The translations under genes and the position numbers were made by a program. Source: Candidatus Eiseniibacteriota bacterium (lineage in GTDB: Bacteria; Eisenbacteria; RBG-16-71-46; SZUA-252). From it: a DNA stretch of 64,000 bases. Under the pieces are notes generated by a model. The model saw only the letters and a program-made list of their open reading frames with translations. It did not search any database and was not told the origin of the DNA. Every line of letters starts with the position of its first letter. Positions within the stretch are counted from its first letter, which is position 1. Positions 55,343-64,000 of the stretch are shown here, one piece after another. The stretch spans positions 479-64,478 of the forward strand of contig DASTKG010000025.1 of NCBI GenBank assembly GCA_035716005.1. Direction: 5' to 3'.

Positions 55343-55367
55343 TCGCGGCGCGGGATCCGGAGATGCC

Positions 55368-55970
55368 ATGAAGAGCGCACTCGTCCCGACGATCCTGATC
55401 GCCTCGATGCTCGCCCCGGCGCGGGGCGCGTGCGGCGAGTACGCCGTCCACGCGGGCAAGGAGTGCAAGGTGGTCTTCGTCTCGCGTGCCGCGAACGAGA
55501 AGTTCGAGGGGAAGACCGACCGGCTGGAGGGGAGGATTTCCGTCGACCCCGCGGCGTTGGGCGACTCGGCGACCTTCCGGTTCGAGGTCGACATGGCGAG
55601 CCTCGACACGGGAATCAAGATGCGGAACCGGCACATGCGGGAGAACCACCTCGAGACTTCGAAATTCCCGAAGGCGCTCTTCGAGGGCGGGAGCCTTCAC
55701 GCGGCCTCCGGAGCCCGGCTCGAGGCCGGAAAGCCGGAGTCGCTTCAGGTCGAGGGGACCTTCACGCTGCACGGGGTCAGCCGGAGGATTCGGATCGCCG
55801 TGGCGGTGACGCTGCGCCCCGATCCGTCGCCGGGGGCCATCGATTTCAGCACGGAATTTCCGGTGGCGCTCGCGGATTACGCGATCAGCCGGCCGCAGTT
55901 CCTCTTCCTGAAACTGGCCGACGTGCAGATGGTCCGCGTGAGCGGAACGGCCCACGCCGCGCCCCGCTGA
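55368..55970 (+). CDS. YceI-family periplasmic protein (polyisoprenoid/lipid-binding beta-barrel)
   Basis: Signal peptide. YceI-like core (..KVVFVSRAANEKFEGKTDRLEGRISVDP.. / ..TFTLHGVSRRIRIAV..). Confidence 0.75.
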   Translation: MKSALVPTILIASMLAPARGACGEYAVHAGKECKVVFVSRAANEKFEGKTDRLEGRISVDPAALGDSATFRFEVDMASLDTGIKMRNRHMRENHLETSKFPKALFEGGSLHAASGARLEAGKPESLQVEGTFTLHGVSRRIRIAVAVTLRPDPSPGAIDFSTEFPVALADYAISRPQFLFLKLADVQMVRVSGTAHAAPR

Positions 55971-56019
55971 GCGCGGCGCCCGGCCGGGGGGCGCCGGCGT
56001 TCCGCGCCCTCGACCGACT

Positions 56020-57732
56020 CTACGGCTCCAGTTTCACCAGCCGCTGCGACGCCTCGACTCCGCTCGCCTCGACGCGCGCGAAGTAGACGCCCGCGCCCGC
56101 CGAGCGGCCCTGGTCGTCCGTCCCGTCCCACGTCACCGCATGCCGGCCCGCGGGCAGCCAGGAGTTCACCAGACGTTTCACGAGCCGGCCCTGGATGTCG
56201 AACAGGGCGACCCGCGTCGCGCCGCCCGCCGGGAGGTCGAGCGAGATCACCGTGTACGGGTGGAACGGGTTCGGGGCGCTCTGAACGCGGAAGCCCGGCG
56301 CGGCCGCCGTCGTCGCGACGGCGGTGACGTTCGCCAGCCATCCGAGATCGACGAGCAGATCGTGCGTCAGATCGACGGTGTCGTGAAGGCCGGTGTTGAT
56401 GGCCGGCTCCATCAGCACGTCGGGGGTCGCGCTCACGTCGAAATGAGAGACCGAGGAGCCCGACTCGACCGGATTCGGCGCGTACATTTTCATCCGCCCC
56501 GCCGCGGTGAGTCCCGCGACCCGCGTGGCGCTCTCGCGGATGGTCCCGGTCACGGTCGCCGAGAGCATGGCGTTCTTCAGGGTCGTCCCGTCGGCCTGCG
56601 AGATCATCACGGCGGGAATCACGATGGAGGGATCGGTTCCGCCCATCGTGATCGGGGCGCCGGCGGCATTGTTGACGACGATCACGCCGACCGCGCCGCT
56701 AGACTGCGCGGCGGCCACCTTCGCGACGAAGGTGCAGGTGCCGCGATCGAGCACCGCGATCTGCCCCGCGAGCGCTCCTCCGTTCTGAATCGGCTCGCAG
56801 GCGTCGCTGGTCGGGGCCGTCCCGTCGTTCACCAGAACGAGATTCGCCGTGACGCCGCCCGGGGTCGCCGCGGCGCCGAAATCGGCGCTGAGCGCCACGT
56901 AGTCCCCCGCCACGGAGGCCGGAGCCGTCACGTGCACCTCGGGCTCGTGCCCCAGGTAGAGAGCGGCCGCTCGGTTCGTCCCCGCGCCGTCCCACGTCAG
57001 CTTGCCGGTGTTGACGGCCGAGTTCTTCCGGGCGTTGTTGTTGGTCATCTGATCCCAGTGGAGGCCGGTCGACTCGTCGAAGAGGAAGTGGTCGTAGGCG
57101 GAGGGCGTGCCGCTCAGCGTGCCGCCGGTGCTCGAGCTGGTGAACGTGCTGAAGCCCAGGCCGTGGCCCAGCTCGTGGAGCACCACCGGGAGGAGTTCGA
57201 TGTCGCTCCCTTCCGCGCCGTCGAGGCCGTAGTACCAGTTGGACGTGCCGAGGCAGGTGGAGTTGTCCACGTCGGAGTTGAAGGTCGCGCTGATGTCGTC
57301 GGAAGGGCTCAGGTCCGAGTTCGAGAGCTTGTTGGCGAGCGCCTGGTGGTACCAGTGGTTCGTGAGCGGCGCGCCGGCGAAGTTGGCGTGCGCGGATTGC
57401 GAGCCGGCGCTCCCGAGGACGCCCGACGTGGCGTCGCAGGTCTGGGAGTTGAATTGCGCCGCGACCCGGATCGTGATGGCGCTCGGCAGGATGGCCCCCC
57501 AGATGGAGGCGGCATGCTTGAAGATGAAGAGGCGCTGCGCGCCGAGCGTGGTGCCGGGGTTCCCGCCCACGGGGGCGACCGGAGTCGGATCGTTGAATCC
57601 CTCGTTCGCGCCGTCGTTGTTCACGATGACGATCGTGGCGGCGTGGCCGGGAGAGGGCAGGGAGAAGGACGCGGCGACGGGGATGGCAAGGGCGAGCGCT
57701 GCGAGCGCGAAGCGTCGGAAGGTCGGTCGCAT
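56020..57732 (-). CDS. secreted zinc metallopeptidase (HExxH) with PA (protease-associated) domain and T9SS/FlgD-Ig-like C-terminal domain
   Basis: Signal peptide. VLHELGHGLGF zinc motif. PA-domain segment (..ACEPIQNGGALAGQIAVLDRGTCTFVAKVAAAQSSGAVGVIVVNN..). C-terminal ..APNPFHPYTVISLDL..WDGTDDQGRSAGAGVYFARVEA..RLVKLEP. Confidence 0.7.
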   Translation of the reverse strand: MRPTFRRFALAALALAIPVAASFSLPSPGHAATIVIVNNDGANEGFNDPTPVAPVGGNPGTTLGAQRLFIFKHAASIWGAILPSAITIRVAAQFNSQTCDATSGVLGSAGSQSAHANFAGAPLTNHWYHQALANKLSNSDLSPSDDISATFNSDVDNSTCLGTSNWYYGLDGAEGSDIELLPVVLHELGHGLGFSTFTSSSTGGTLSGTPSAYDHFLFDESTGLHWDQMTNNNARKNSAVNTGKLTWDGAGTNRAAALYLGHEPEVHVTAPASVAGDYVALSADFGAAATPGGVTANLVLVNDGTAPTSDACEPIQNGGALAGQIAVLDRGTCTFVAKVAAAQSSGAVGVIVVNNAAGAPITMGGTDPSIVIPAVMISQADGTTLKNAMLSATVTGTIRESATRVAGLTAAGRMKMYAPNPVESGSSVSHFDVSATPDVLMEPAINTGLHDTVDLTHDLLVDLGWLANVTAVATTAAAPGFRVQSAPNPFHPYTVISLDLPAGGATRVALFDIQGRLVKRLVNSWLPAGRHAVTWDGTDDQGRSAGAGVYFARVEASGVEASQRLVKLEP

Positions 57733-57735
57733 CGC

Positions 57736-58353
57736 TCAGCGCTCCTCGTGCCGCGGCTCGGTCCGCGCGGCAGGCTCGGCCGTCGCGGTCGCGCCGGGGG
57801 CGTCGTCGCCGCGAAGCGCGGCGTCGAGCTCGGACTCCTGCACGCACGTCTCGACCTTCCGTCCGTCGGGCGTGATGCGCATCACCGCGTAGTCCTGGAA
57901 GCGTCCCTGCAGATCCACCATCATCGAGCCGTCGGGCCGGTGAATCACGGTCAGGCCGGCGTCGGATCGATCGAGGGCCGGGCTCAGGTTCGCGGCGCGA
58001 TCGAGAGCGGCGCGCTCCGCCTTGGAGGGAAGCCCGAGTTTCCCGGTCTCGGGGTCGATCCCGACGATCATGCCGGCCGAACCGCGCGGCGTGGCCGGCG
58101 TGGCGGCCGCGATCGCGGGGGCGTCGGATTGCGCGGACGCCGGGACGGATTTCGCGGGGGCTTCGGATTCGAGCGGCATCGACGCCGTGGCGACGGTTGA
58201 CGCGCCGGCGGCGCGTGCCGCGGCGGGAGCGGTCGCCGATCCCGAGTCCTGTCGTGGGCGGTGGAGCGCGTGAGCCACGAGCGCGCCGCCGAGAATCGCG
58301 AGCGCGACGGCCAACGCGATCCGGCGTACGGGATATCCAAGGGTGCGCGGCAT
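57736..58353 (-). CDS. hypothetical membrane-anchored protein upstream of the PA-metallopeptidase (3-nt intergenic gap)
   Basis: N-terminal TM (IALAVALAILGGALVAHAL), an Ala/Pro/Ser-rich linker, and a ~90-aa C-terminal globular domain. No motif recognised. Confidence 0.4.
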   Translation of the reverse strand: MPRTLGYPVRRIALAVALAILGGALVAHALHRPRQDSGSATAPAAARAAGASTVATASMPLESEAPAKSVPASAQSDAPAIAAATPATPRGSAGMIVGIDPETGKLGLPSKAERAALDRAANLSPALDRSDAGLTVIHRPDGSMMVDLQGRFQDYAVMRITPDGRKVETCVQESELDAALRGDDAPGATATAEPAARTEPRHEER

Positions 58354-58556
58354 GATGTCCTCCAGGGGCGACGAGCGGCTTGTGGAATCTAGTGAGTTTG
58401 GCGCAAGATCCAGGCCACGGCAACGCGCAAAATGTCAGGTGCGTAAGGGCTTACGGAATCGGCGTTAATCCCGCCCGACCCGGCGCGGCCCCTCCGGCTC
58501 CCTGTGCGAATTGGACCAGTCAGCGGCAATTCACCCATCGCCAAGAGGCCCCTCGA

Positions 58557-59651
58557 ATGAACCGAATCATCCTCACGCTCCTCCTCCTGGCGAGCGCGGC
58601 GCGCGCGTCCGCCGCCGACGTCGCCTCCCCTGCCGCGCCCGCCCCGAAATCGGTCGCGAACCACGAGCGTTCGGTGGGCGAGGCGGCGGAAGGCGTCTAC
58701 GTCATCGAGCACAAGGACGCGCCCGACACGAATCCGCAGGGGAACACGACCGTGATCGTCGGCGATCGCGACGTGATGGTGATCGACTCGGGCTACCTCC
58801 CCTCGAGCACGCGCGAGGACATCGCGCAGATCCGCGAGTGGACGAAGAAGCCGGTCCGCTTCCTCGTGAACACCCACTGGCATCCCGATCACATACGCGG
58901 GAATTCGCTCTACGCCGACGCGTTTCCCGGGCTCGTCATCCTTGCCCACGCGGTGACGCCCGAGCTGGAGGAGGGCTGGGACGTTCCGAATCGGGCGCGC
59001 TATCGCGGGCGCGTGGCGGTGCTGGAGGAACAGTTGAAGACCGGAAAGGGCGCCGACGGGAAGAAGCTGCGCGATGCCGATCGGAAGGCGATGACCGAGG
59101 AATTGGCGGGGCGCCGCGCGGTGCTGCAGGAATTCGCCACGTACGTGCCGGCGTACCCCACCGTCACCTTCTCGGACGCCATGACGATCGATCTCGGCGG
59201 CCGGGTCGTTCAATTGAAGTTCTACGGCCGCGGCCACTCCTCGGGCGACATCGTCGCCTACCTCCCGCGCGAGCGCGTCCTCGTGGCGGGCGATCTCGTG
59301 GCGTCGCCCGTCCCCTACTTCTTCGCCGGCTACCCCTACGACGAAATCGCCGCGCTGGAGGCGCTCGCCGCGCTCGACGCCCTGACGATCGTGCCCGGTC
59401 ACGGCGACGTCATGCTCGACGAGAGCTATCTCAACCGGACCATCGAGGTGATGAAGGACGTGCGGGACCAGGTGGTGCGGGAGACGAGGCGGCTCGGCCC
59501 GCTCTCGGCGAAACTCGAGGACGTGCGGAAGGGCGTGAACTACAAGACCTACGCGGCCGAGTTCGCCGGGACCGACAAGGAGAGCCTGGAGTTCTTCACC
59601 GAGTCGATGGACGGGCTGGTGAAGACCCTCTTCGAGCAGATTCCGAAGTAG
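58557..59651 (+). CDS. secreted metallo-beta-lactamase-fold hydrolase
   Basis: Signal peptide MNRIILTLLLLASAARASA. MBL motif NTHWHPDHIRGN (HxHxDH), with downstream His (..GRGHSSGD.., ..PGHGDV..). Confidence 0.8.
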   Translation: MNRIILTLLLLASAARASAADVASPAAPAPKSVANHERSVGEAAEGVYVIEHKDAPDTNPQGNTTVIVGDRDVMVIDSGYLPSSTREDIAQIREWTKKPVRFLVNTHWHPDHIRGNSLYADAFPGLVILAHAVTPELEEGWDVPNRARYRGRVAVLEEQLKTGKGADGKKLRDADRKAMTEELAGRRAVLQEFATYVPAYPTVTFSDAMTIDLGGRVVQLKFYGRGHSSGDIVAYLPRERVLVAGDLVASPVPYFFAGYPYDEIAALEALAALDALTIVPGHGDVMLDESYLNRTIEVMKDVRDQVVRETRRLGPLSAKLEDVRKGVNYKTYAAEFAGTDKESLEFFTESMDGLVKTLFEQIPK

Positions 59652-59658
59652 GGCGCGC

Positions 59659-59880
59659 CTACTTCTTCAGCTTGTACTGAAGCGCCCCCGACGGGCAGCG
59701 CTCGATCTGCGCGGCCACCTCCGCCGCCGTCGCCGCCTCCGGCCGGATCCAGTGCTTCCGATTCACGTCGAAGACGGCCGGCAGGCCGCGAACGCAGTTG
59801 CCCGAGTGGCAGCAAAGATTCGGGTCGAACGTGACCACGATCTCGGGCGTTTCGTAGGTTTGAAGCCGCTTCTCGTTCAT
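59659..59880 (-). CDS. small (4Fe-4S)-binding protein, 'divergent 4Fe-4S mono-cluster' (Fer4_19/DUF1271-like)
   Basis: 73 aa. ..VTFDPNLCCHSGNCVRGLPAVFDVNRKHWIRPEAA.. plus ..IERCPSGAL.. gives four Cys in the arrangement typical of this family. Confidence 0.6.
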   Translation of the reverse strand: MNEKRLQTYETPEIVVTFDPNLCCHSGNCVRGLPAVFDVNRKHWIRPEAATAAEVAAQIERCPSGALQYKLKK

Positions 59881-59916
59881 GGCACCTCCTCCGCCGCCAG
59901 CCGGCCGCCTGCCGCC

Positions 59917-60327
59917 CTACAATTTCTGCGCGCGGAAATTCAACGTGCCCGACACCTTGCTCGCGAGGACCTGGATCGTCCAATTGCCCGCGGCACCCGT
60001 CGCGGTGGTGAACGTGCCGTTCTGCTTCAGGCTCCTGGAGTAGACCGTCGCCCCCGCGCTGTCCTTCAGCACGAGCGTCGCGTCTCCGCCCGTGATGGAG
60101 CTCGCTTGATTGATCGTGGCGGCGGTGCCGGAGTTCGCCCACGTGTACGCGTACGTGTGGCTGTAGTTCTTGGTGTCCGTGACCTGGAACTGGAAGCTGT
60201 CGGCCACGTTCGCGACCTGGAGATCCTTGCCGGGGCTCGAATCGTCGCCGCAGCCGCCCACGGCGAAGAGGGCCAGCAACGTGAGGGGTGCGAGCAGGCG
60301 CGGAGCGAAACTGGCGGGGAGTTTCAT
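59917..60327 (-). CDS. hypothetical lipoprotein
   Basis: AGGAGGCACC ribosome-binding site. Signal peptide with lipobox (..LLALFAVGGCGDD). Beta-rich ~110-aa mature domain. Confidence 0.5.
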   Translation of the reverse strand: MKLPASFAPRLLAPLTLLALFAVGGCGDDSSPGKDLQVANVADSFQFQVTDTKNYSHTYAYTWANSGTAATINQASSITGGDATLVLKDSAGATVYSRSLKQNGTFTTATGAAGNWTIQVLASKVSGTLNFRAQKL

Positions 60328-60470
60328 CACGGTGCCTCCTTGGGAAGGGTTCCGCGATCCCGCCCCCATCGGGATGCCGGCACGGCTCGAATCGTTCCCA
60401 TTCCGGGAACTAGCGCGAATGTAACGCCGGGCGCCGCCCGCGTCCACGTCCACCCGCCTCGGCGGCCCGA

Positions 60471-60495
60471 AAACTCGAGGGGGCCGGTCCCCTCC
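60471..60495 (-). terminator. candidate rho-independent terminator downstream of groEL
   Basis: On the minus strand, GAGGGGACCGGCCCCCTC (a 7-bp stem) is followed immediately by GAGTTTT. It lies about 90 nt past the groEL stop. Confidence 0.4.
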
Positions 60496-60580
60496 GTGGG
60501 TTCCGACCCCCTCATCATCATCGACCTCGGCGCGTCACCGAGTCCCACAACGCGGTTTCCCGCGAGGCGACGATCGACGT

Positions 60581-62233
<1,653 letters not shown>

Positions 62234-62269
62234 TTACAGAGATAGAGGTGCGTTCGGGCGAAGAATCGC

Positions 62270-62560
62270 TCAGCTGACGATGGCGAGGACTTCTTCCTCG
62301 CGAATGATGATGTAGTCGGTGCCGTCGATCTTCACTTCGCTGCCCGAGTACTTGCCCATGAGGACCTTGTCGCCCTTCTTGACGTCGAGCGGAACCCGCT
62401 TGCCGTCCTCGAAGCGACCGGGGCCGACGGCGATGACCTCACCCTGCTGCGGCTTTTCCTTGGCGGTGTCGGGAATGATGATTCCGCCGCGCTTCGTTTC
62501 CACTTCCTCGAGACGACGGACGAGGATGCGATCCGACAGTGGCTTCACATTGACGGACAT
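62270..62560 (-). CDS. groES: co-chaperonin GroES (Cpn10)
   Basis: [48 protein letters not shown]... is the canonical GroES. 51 nt upstream of groEL. Confidence 0.95.
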   Translation of the reverse strand: MSVNVKPLSDRILVRRLEEVETKRGGIIIPDTAKEKPQQGEVIAVGPGRFEDGKRVPLDVKKGDKVLMGKYSGSEVKIDGTDYIIIREEEVLAIVS

Positions 62561-62728
62561 GGAGTGAGACTCCTTCGTTTCGAATTGGTTTTCGGTGAGT
62601 CGGTGACATTTGGGCCGGGATGCGGTGATTCCCCCGACCTGGAGGCATCATACCGCAATCGCCGTGCCGCCATTTGGCGCGGCTGCCAGAAATGGGGCGT
62701 AACTATCTGTAAATAAATAAGATAAAAA

Positions 62729-62753
62729 TAGCACTCCACCTGTCGGAGTGCCA
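62729..62753. promoter_or_regulatory. CIRCE-like inverted repeat (HrcA operator) upstream of groES
   Basis: TAGCACTC-N9-GAGTGCCA versus the consensus TTAGCACTC-N9-GAGTGCTAA. About 170 nt upstream of the groES start, flanked by an unusually AT-rich stretch. Confidence 0.6.
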
Positions 62754-62812
62754 GCCGCGGGGCGGTCGGGCTGCCATCTCTTGTCCAAACGGCAGAGGCG
62801 ATGGCAGAGGCA

Positions 62813-62842
62813 TTGAGCGAATGCCCCTCGCTTTCCTATAAT
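62813..62842 (+). promoter_or_regulatory. sigma70-like promoter candidate for the downstream glycosyltransferase gene
   Basis: TTGAGC (-35), 18-nt spacer, TATAAT (-10). About 110 nt upstream of ATG 62954. Confidence 0.35.
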
Positions 62843-62953
62843 GCCGCAACAACTTATGCACGCCTTCCGAGATGCCGTCCCATCGTGTCGCCCCTCCGGC
62901 CAGTTTGTCGCCTTGGCGCGGCAGGCCCGGGCGCGCTAGCGCCCCGCCCAGCC

Positions 62954-64000
62954 ATGCCCAAGGCCAAACCGAAATCGAAGGCCGCGCCGGCGGCGAAGCG
63001 CGCTCCCGGGGCCTCCGGTAAGCCTCGGCGCGGCCCCCGCTTCTCGCTCGCGTCCATCGATCGCGCCCTCCTCGCGATCCTCGTCCTCTCGACGCTCCTT
63101 CGCCTCTGGGGGATCGGCGATCGCCTCCCCGACGCGTCGCTCGGCATCAACGTCGTCGACGACACCGCCATCGAGGAGACCGACCGGACGACGGTCATGC
63201 GATCGTGGGCCATGTGGCAGGGGGGGATGAAGGAGTTCGACCTGAACCCCCACACGGGCGGATGGCCCGCCCTTTCGTTCTATCTCACGCTCGCCATCCA
63301 GATCTTCTACAAGGCCTGGTACGGCTTCCTGCACTCGGGAGTCACGACCGCCGAGTTCGCCAAGCACGTGCAGCTCGATTCGGCGGGCCTCTTCCTCCTC
63401 GCGCGCATCGTGAACGCGACGATCGGGATCCTGAGCGTCGCGCTCACGTGGCGCCTGGCGCTTCCGCTCGTGGGCCGCACCGGGGCGATCCTCGCCGCGG
63501 CGTTCCTCGCGACGAACCCGCTCCACATCCTCACCTCCCAGCACATCAGCGATCCCAATCTCCTGGCGCTGGTCTTCGTCGCGCTGGCGGCGGCGGCGAT
63601 GGTGAAGGTGGCGGACGAGGGGAGGACGCGCGATTCCGTTCTCGCCGGGATCTGGATCGGGCTCGCCGCGGCATGCAAGTACGTCCCGCTCGTCCTGCTC
63701 GCTCCGCTCGCGCTGGCCCATCTTCGCGGCGGCCGCTGGAACTGGAGGCCGTTCGCCCTCGCGGCCGGACTCGCGTTCGTCGCCATGTTCGCGGCCTCGC
63801 CCTACACCTTCCTCGACTGGAAGACGACGATGGACGCCTTCGGCGTGCAGCGGCGGAGCCTCTTCAGCGACTGGGTGGGGCAGTCGACCTTCCCGATCTC
63901 CCTTCCGACCTACCTCATCGCGTCCCTTCCGAAGGCGCTCGGCTGGCCCGTCTATCTCCTCTCGATCGCCGGCTTCGCGGGGCTCTGGCGAAAGGGAGGC
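62954..64000 (+). CDS. ArnT/PMT-family (GT39/GT83-like) membrane glycosyltransferase, 3' end outside the window
   Basis: Lys/Ala-rich N-terminus, then multiple TM helices. The ..DRTTVMRSWAMWQGG.. motif is characteristic of dolichyl/undecaprenyl-phosphate-sugar-dependent glycosyltransferases. The frame stays open to the window end. Confidence 0.65.
   Translation, partial: MPKAKPKSKAAPAAKRAPGASGKPRRGPRFSLASIDRALLAILVLSTLLRLWGIGDRLPDASLGINVVDDTAIEETDRTTVMRSWAMWQGGMKEFDLNPHTGGWPALSFYLTLAIQIFYKAWYGFLHSGVTTAEFAKHVQLDSAGLFLLARIVNATIGILSVALTWRLALPLVGRTGAILAAAFLATNPLHILTSQHISDPNLLALVFVALAAAAMVKVADEGRTRDSVLAGIWIGLAAACKYVPLVLLAPLALAHLRGGRWNWRPFALAAGLAFVAMFAASPYTFLDWKTTMDAFGVQRRSLFSDWVGQSTFPISLPTYLIASLPKALGWPVYLLSIAGFAGLWRKGG

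Noticed and set aside
55975-55995. GGCGCCC-N7-GGGCGCC hairpin after yceI as a rho-independent terminator
   Set aside because: It is a GC stem with no U-tract on either strand and overlaps the convergent protease 3' end. It is too weak to list as a feature.

Overview
This is a gene-dense, roughly 70% GC bacterial chromosomal window of about 58 protein-coding genes. I found no rRNA, tRNA, CRISPR array, transposase or integrase. Many secreted proteins carry T9SS/FlgD-Ig-like C-terminal tails, Ser/Thr kinases are present, and a bacterial topoisomerase VI is encoded. This fits a Gemmatimonadota- or Acidobacteria-like Gram-negative, but that is inference only.

Recognisable content, in order:
- mscL, an MFS transporter, an OsmC-family protein, and a putative periplasmic copper-handling operon (OMP, HMA-like CxxC protein, SDR, SCO1)
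- a LiaF-like DUF4097 protein with a small LiaI-like partner
- an OMP plus a Zn/Mn-type ABC binding protein and permease, with no ATPase
- top6A/top6B, divergent from a catalytically degenerate GspE/PilB-like ATPase translationally coupled to pilT
- a trehalose locus (otsA, otsB, TM-helix protein, hypothetical, treT, HAD)
- a pga-like exopolysaccharide locus (GH-like protein, TPR-porin, HEAT-repeat protein, GT2 synthase)
- an M6 metalloprotease plus GNAT
- a family-5 substrate-binding protein overlapping a hybrid histidine kinase
- arfB, M24 peptidase, hflX, M24 peptidase
- ABC-2 exporter, trxA, STK-TPR kinase, UvrD-helicase/Cas4-like nuclease fusion, atoE, an HDAC-like protein
- an OMP with a CxxCH motif plus yceI, and a PA-domain metalloprotease
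- an MBL hydrolase, groES-groEL with a CIRCE operator, and a partial GT39 glycosyltransferase

The most system-like novelty is the dead PilB-like ATPase/PilT pair sitting next to bacterial Topo VI. The ATPase-less metal importer, the variant pga locus, the CxxCH-OMP/YceI pair and the helicase-nuclease/kinase adjacency are secondary candidates. The six-frame track contains many long spurious ORFs, typical of high-GC DNA; I rejected these.
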